NCBI GenBank assembly: GCA_963645945.1
Contig: CAVIUA010000045.1
Location: 1-51,693 of the forward strand
From: a bacterium
Lineage (GTDB): Bacteria; Bacillota_I; Bacilli_A; RF39; UBA660
DNA length: 51,693 nt
Reading direction: 5' to 3'
Below, in pieces: positions 48,295 through 51,693 of this stretch. A model generated the notes under the pieces. The model searched no databases and was not told the DNA's origin. It was given only the letters and a program-made list of their open reading frames with translations. The position numbers and the translations under genes are program-made. Positions within the stretch are counted from its first letter, which is position 1. The number at the start of each line of letters is the position of its first letter.

Positions 48295-49026
48295 ATGATT
48301 AATTTTATAATATGTGAAGATGAAGATGTACTAGCAACCAAATATATAAATGTAATAGATAAGTTTATGATGAATAATGATGCTAATTATAAGATTCATA
48401 GATATACGGGATATACAAAAGCATGGGAAAATTATGTTAAAAGTGAAAAAGAATTTAAAATATATATCTTAGATATTAAAACAAAAGAGGGTTCAGGAAT
48501 AGATGCAGCTAGAAAAATCAGAGAAGAATTTGATGACTGGGTCTCAATGATAATAATTGTAACAGCATATTCCGAATATAAATATGAAGCAATGAGTAAA
48601 AGACTAATGTTAGTAGACTTTATTAATAAGCTATATAACTTGGATCAAAAATTACAGGAAGCGCTGTTAATATGTATGAAGCATTATAATAGAAAATTTA
48701 AAAGCATAAAATACAACTATCGTAATGTTTCATACAATATTGAATTGCGATATATACAGTATATCGAAAAAGAGCCAGGCACGAAAAGAAGTAAAGTTAA
48801 AACAGTACATGGTGAATTTTATATTCAAGGTCCATTAGACGATATAATGAAACAACTAGATAAAAGATTTAAAAAATGTGGCAGAAGCCTAATTATAAAT
48901 ATAGAACAAGTTGAACGTTATAATACTAAATCAAATACAGTAATATTCAATTCTGGTGATAAATTAACATCTGTACCAAGAGAGAAAAGAAAGGAGTTAG
49001 AAAGATATGTTAGAGGTCTTGACTAA
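48295..49026 (+). CDS. agrA: LytTR-family response regulator (AgrA-like)
   Basis: 243 aa from the ATG at 48295 (RBS AAAGGAG). The receiver domain has FIICEDE and an acceptor Asp in YILDIKT. The C-terminal LytTR domain contains I.YIE..........H...Y.....L......L....F.......IIN. Confidence 0.85.
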   Translation: MINFIICEDEDVLATKYINVIDKFMMNNDANYKIHRYTGYTKAWENYVKSEKEFKIYILDIKTKEGSGIDAARKIREEFDDWVSMIIIVTAYSEYKYEAMSKRLMLVDFINKLYNLDQKLQEALLICMKHYNRKFKSIKYNYRNVSYNIELRYIQYIEKEPGTKRSKVKTVHGEFYIQGPLDDIMKQLDKRFKKCGRSLIINIEQVERYNTKSNTVIFNSGDKLTSVPREKRKELERYVRGLD

Positions 49027-50311
49027 ATTCATATGTGCAGTAATATTATCGACACTAGGATTCTATGTTATAAAAAAAATAACCAATAGTGAGATTAAAT
49101 TACTAAATATCAAAACAGTTACTTATTTAATGGCTTTATGTGTGTTGACAGTAATAATGCATAATATAGAATATAATGGTGCACATACTGTTACAATATT
49201 TGCACTACAAATTATAATATATAAAGAAATATTCAATATAAGAACAGAGGAAGCTTTAATAGCTTGTGGTATATTGATGGGATTAACATTTGTCGGTGAT
49301 ATATTGACATTGGTATTATTAAGAATGTTTTACTCTGTAGATTCAATTATGAATACTTGGTATATAAGTTTATTTGCTAATTTTTCTGTAGTCATTATTG
49401 TTATGCTATTATTTAATATAAAAGCAATAGTAAGTCAAACAAAAGTATTTTATAAAAATATATCAAAAAACAAATCAATATCTACAGTATTATTTGTTAT
49501 CTTATTAATTGTTGGACTTAGTTCTCTTACGCAAAATGTAACAAAATCATCAAACATGACTATGAATTATTTATCAAATATTTTAATAATGTTAATTTTC
49601 TTTACTTTATCCTATCTTTTTATAAAGAGTAAAAATAGTTATGATAAATTAAATTCAGAATATGAAAGTATGTTTAGCTATGTTCAAAACTTTGAAGACT
49701 GGATTGAAAAAGAACAATTAAATCGTCATGAATATAAAAATCAATTAGCTGTTCTACGTTGTTTAACTAGTGAAAAGAAAGTAAAAGATAAAATAGATAA
49801 GATTTTAGAAGATAGTATCAATGTTGAAGGAGAAGTAGTTCATCAACTTAAGACGCTACCGAAGGGTGGCGTCAAAGGTCTTATGTATTATAAATCAGCA
49901 ATTGCTCAAAAAAATAAAATTGATTTAACTGTAAATATTAGCTTGGAACTACATTCCATATTATCAAAATTGTCTGAAAAAGAAGTTAAAGTGCTATGTC
50001 ATTTAATAGGAATCTATTTTGATAATGCAATAGAAGCGGCTAAAGAAACTAGGAAGAAAAAGGTTTTGATTGAAATATATGAAATTAAAGATCACGTTAC
50101 CTTTGTATTTTCTAACACCTTTAAAAAGGCAAAAAACTTTAATGATAGAAATAAGAAAGGTGTTTCAACTAAAGGAGAAGGTCATGGTAATGGATTATAT
50201 TATGCATCAAAATTAATTGGTCAAAACCCTTGGCTAAGTCAAAAACAAGAAGTTATAGATAAATACTATATTCAACAAATTATTGTAACACGAAAAAACG
50301 ACCATAAATAA
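49007..50311 (+). CDS. agrC: AgrC-like (HPK10) sensor histidine kinase
   Basis: 434 aa with about six N-terminal TM segments. It has the H-box RHEYKNQL, the N-box FDNAIEA, and the G-box GEGHGNGLYYA. It overlaps the regulator gene by 20 nt. Confidence 0.82.
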   Translation: MLEVLTKFICAVILSTLGFYVIKKITNSEIKLLNIKTVTYLMALCVLTVIMHNIEYNGAHTVTIFALQIIIYKEIFNIRTEEALIACGILMGLTFVGDILTLVLLRMFYSVDSIMNTWYISLFANFSVVIIVMLLFNIKAIVSQTKVFYKNISKNKSISTVLFVILLIVGLSSLTQNVTKSSNMTMNYLSNILIMLIFFTLSYLFIKSKNSYDKLNSEYESMFSYVQNFEDWIEKEQLNRHEYKNQLAVLRCLTSEKKVKDKIDKILEDSINVEGEVVHQLKTLPKGGVKGLMYYKSAIAQKNKIDLTVNISLELHSILSKLSEKEVKVLCHLIGIYFDNAIEAAKETRKKKVLIEIYEIKDHVTFVFSNTFKKAKNFNDRNKKGVSTKGEGHGNGLYYASKLIGQNPWLSQKQEVIDKYYIQQIIVTRKNDHK

Positions 50312-50332
50312 ATAACTGGTCGTTTTCTTTTT
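50293..50332. terminator. Bidirectional terminator between convergent agrC and agrD
   Basis: AAAAAACGACCA ... TGGTCGTTTT. The ACGACCA/TGGTCGT stem has a 12-nt loop that contains the agrC stop codon. An A-run on the left and a T-run on the right let it terminate both directions. Confidence 0.65.
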
Positions 50333-50451
50333 TAGTCACAAAGATTTCTCATAGCCTTTGGCTCATCTGCAACAATCCATAAACACCCTAAACTAGCAGC
50401 TCCTGTAGCCATCATAGCGATAGCAGTTAATAGATACGCGATTTTTTTCAA
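50332..50451 (-). CDS. agrD: AgrD-like autoinducing-peptide precursor (39 aa, not in ORF track)
   Basis: RBS AAGGAGG, an 8-nt spacer and a TTG start at 50451. Translation: MKKIAYLLTAIAMMATGAASLGCLWIVADEPKAMRNLCD*. It has a hydrophobic leader, Cys plus four residues (CLWIV), then an acidic DEPK..L tail as in AgrD. It starts 49 nt downstream of agrB. Confidence 0.78.
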   Translation of the reverse strand: MKKIAYLLTAIAMMATGAASLGCLWIVADEPKAMRNLCD

Positions 50452-50500
50452 AATAATTTCCTCCTTAGTTAAAATATATATGCTAAAAATATTAAATATT

Positions 50501-51100
50501 TTAAGCCTGAACGTAGGTCTTATAATTATTATATGGTTGACCGAATGCCATATAAAGTAATGGATTTATAGTAATAGCTTCTACTATCAAAGCTGATAAA
50601 ATTAATGGTGCTATAAAAGTATCTAAAAATATAAATAGCAATACTGAATAAATAATACCTAAGAAAACGGTAGACCATTTTCTGATTTTTCTTTTTTTCA
50701 TATTTGGTAATGGCCTTTTTACTGTATCTGCTGGTGCAAAAAAGAAATAACTAACAACACATATTATACAAATAATAAAAACAATATTTTTTGGAATAAC
50801 AACATTAATTAAAATATATGGAAGAATAACAAACTGAAATAAAGATATAAATAAACACTGTATACTTTTCTCTGCATGAAAACCAAATCCTGTATAGCGA
50901 ATGGTATTAAACAGTATCAAAGTAATAATAACTTCTTTTAAAATACCCAAAAGTAATGCTACAACGAGAATAATTACAAGTTTTGTAATAGTCAGATATA
51001 TACCTTCAAGTCCATATCTCAACTTTTCTATATCATCATCAGATAGTTTCTTATAGTTTTCAATAAATCTAATAGAAGAATCTAAAATTTTTTTCTTCAT
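50501..51100 (-). CDS. agrB: AgrB-like membrane peptidase (AgrD processing)
   Basis: 199 aa and polytopic. RYTGFGFHAEKSIQC gives His and Cys 7 residues apart, as in the catalytic H77/C84 pair of S. aureus AgrB. There is a basic loop KRPLPNMKKRKIRK. Confidence 0.85.
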   Translation of the reverse strand: MKKKILDSSIRFIENYKKLSDDDIEKLRYGLEGIYLTITKLVIILVVALLLGILKEVIITLILFNTIRYTGFGFHAEKSIQCLFISLFQFVILPYILINVVIPKNIVFIICIICVVSYFFFAPADTVKRPLPNMKKRKIRKWSTVFLGIIYSVLLFIFLDTFIAPLILSALIVEAITINPLLYMAFGQPYNNYKTYVQA

Positions 51101-51182
51101 TTTTCACCTCACGACTCCATTATACAATTAAATACTTAAAATAAATGTTTATTCTATATAAAGTATCTGTACAAATTAAAAA

Positions 51183-51199
51183 TGTCGAATTATGTCGAA
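51183..51199 (+). promoter_or_regulatory. Tandem perfect Spo0A-box-like direct repeat in the agrB-csp spacer
   Basis: TGTCGAAttaTGTCGAA: two perfect 7-mers with a 10-bp period, 83-99 nt upstream of the agrB ATG. They are in the same orientation relative to the gene as the comK copy. Confidence 0.45.
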
Positions 51200-51215
51200 A
51201 TAATAGTAAAAATAA

Positions 51216-51247
51216 ACAATTCAATGCCGTAAACATACAAGTTAAGG
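51216..51247 (+). promoter_or_regulatory. Candidate LytTR (AgrA-type) binding site: imperfect direct repeats at 21-bp spacing
   Basis: ACAATTCAATG (51216-51226) and ACAAGTTAAGG (51237-51247) are 8 of 11 identical and start exactly 21 nt apart. The second resembles the S. aureus AgrA box ACAGTTAAG. They lie just upstream of the weak -35 region of the TATAAT at 51283-51288. Confidence 0.35.
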
Positions 51248-51326
51248 AAAAAACACTTTCATAGCCTAATTATTTGCTAGAATATAATCACCAACAAGGA
51301 TGGTAGAAATGTGAGGTGCAAAAGGA

Positions 51327-51548
51327 ATGATGATCGGTCGCGTAAAATGGTTCAATAATGAAAAAGGATATGGATTTATTGAATTTAAAGAAGATGAGGA
51401 TATATTTGTACATTATTCTGCAATAGAATCAGAAGGATACAAAACTTTATCTGAGGGCCAACTAGTAGAGTTTAAGTTAGTAGAAACAAGTAAAGGTTTC
51501 CAAGCAATAAACGTTAAATTAGTAAAAGAAGCTACTACTGCAAAGTAG
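51327..51548 (+). CDS. Cold-shock protein (CspA family)
   Basis: [15 protein letters not shown] (RNP1) and DIFVHYSAI (RNP2). It is 73 aa, with a short C-terminal extension relative to the typical ~66 aa. Confidence 0.9.
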   Translation: MMIGRVKWFNNEKGYGFIEFKEDEDIFVHYSAIESEGYKTLSEGQLVEFKLVETSKGFQAINVKLVKEATTAK

Positions 51549-51576
51549 TAGTTTTTTATATATAAGGAAAGAGCTT

Positions 51577-51693
51577 TTTACTTTTTGAATTTTTTATAAT
51601 TACACCGTTGACAAACAAATGTTTGCATTATAATATAGTAAGACAAGAGATGGAGGTGTATCATATGTATAAAGCTTATAAGTTTAGACTGTA
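51577..51693 (+). mobile_element. Left end of an IS200/IS605-family tnpB element (runs off the window)
   Basis: It is homologous to 43185-43300. It has TTGACA at 51608-51613, the palindrome CAAACAaaTGTTTG at 51612-51625, TATAAT at 51629-51634, and RBS GGAGGTG. Confidence 0.55.
51665..51693 (+). CDS. tnpB: TnpB-like protein, 5' partial
   Basis: MYKAYKFRL..., the canonical N-terminus of IS605 OrfB/TnpB proteins. It is truncated by the window end. Confidence 0.5.

Noticed and set aside
1-51693. A search by eye for CRISPR arrays, tRNA or rRNA genes, and obvious defence or toxin-antitoxin cassettes.
   Set aside because: There are no regularly spaced direct repeats, and no GC-rich structured segments of tRNA or rRNA type in any intergenic gap. 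All multi-gene blocks are accounted for by housekeeping families, the agr module and the IS elements.

Overview
This 51.7 kb window is the replication-origin region of a very AT-rich Bacillota chromosome. Standard genetic code; gene content looks Bacilli/Erysipelotrichia-like (rpoE delta subunit, noc, comK, spoIIR); no finer taxonomy is claimed. The core synteny is gyrA-gyrB-recF-(comK-like)-dnaN-dnaA on the minus strand, diverging from rpmH-rnpA-yidC-jag-mnmE-mnmG-rsmG-noc-soj-spo0J on the plus strand. DnaA-box clusters lie on both sides of dnaA. Housekeeping genes follow: ychF, rpsF-ssb-rpsR, rplI, dnaB, rlmH, ung, pta, PBP1A, argS, rpoE, prfA-prmC, fba, murA, rpmE, rpiB, mreB/mbl and tagO. 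I saw no rRNA, tRNA or CRISPR.

Observations beyond routine annotation:
1. The 640-bp ORF-free spacer downstream of gyrA holds two perfect parS 16-mers interleaved with two perfect Noc-binding-site (NBS) 16-mers and one decayed NBS. Each parS-to-NBS gap is exactly 37 nt.
2. The matching Noc-type ParB paralogue has Noc-type specificity residues but no N-terminal membrane-targeting helix, and carries a ~190-aa low-complexity insertion.
3. A complete agr-type quorum-sensing module sits in a convergent layout. Its 39-codon AgrD-like gene has a TTG start and is absent from the ORF track.
4. A shared ~30-bp element containing tandem Spo0A-box-like TGTCGAA repeats lies upstream of both the comK-like gene and agrBD.
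5. An internally deleted IS200/IS605-type tnpB element keeps both ends, and a second copy starts at the window edge.
6. Several proteins look degenerate: a sensor-less GdpP-like DHH protein, an SGNH-fold protein lacking its catalytic triad, and a SpoIIQ-like degenerate LytM protein.

All calls come from reading the sequence and recalling family motifs. No database search was run.
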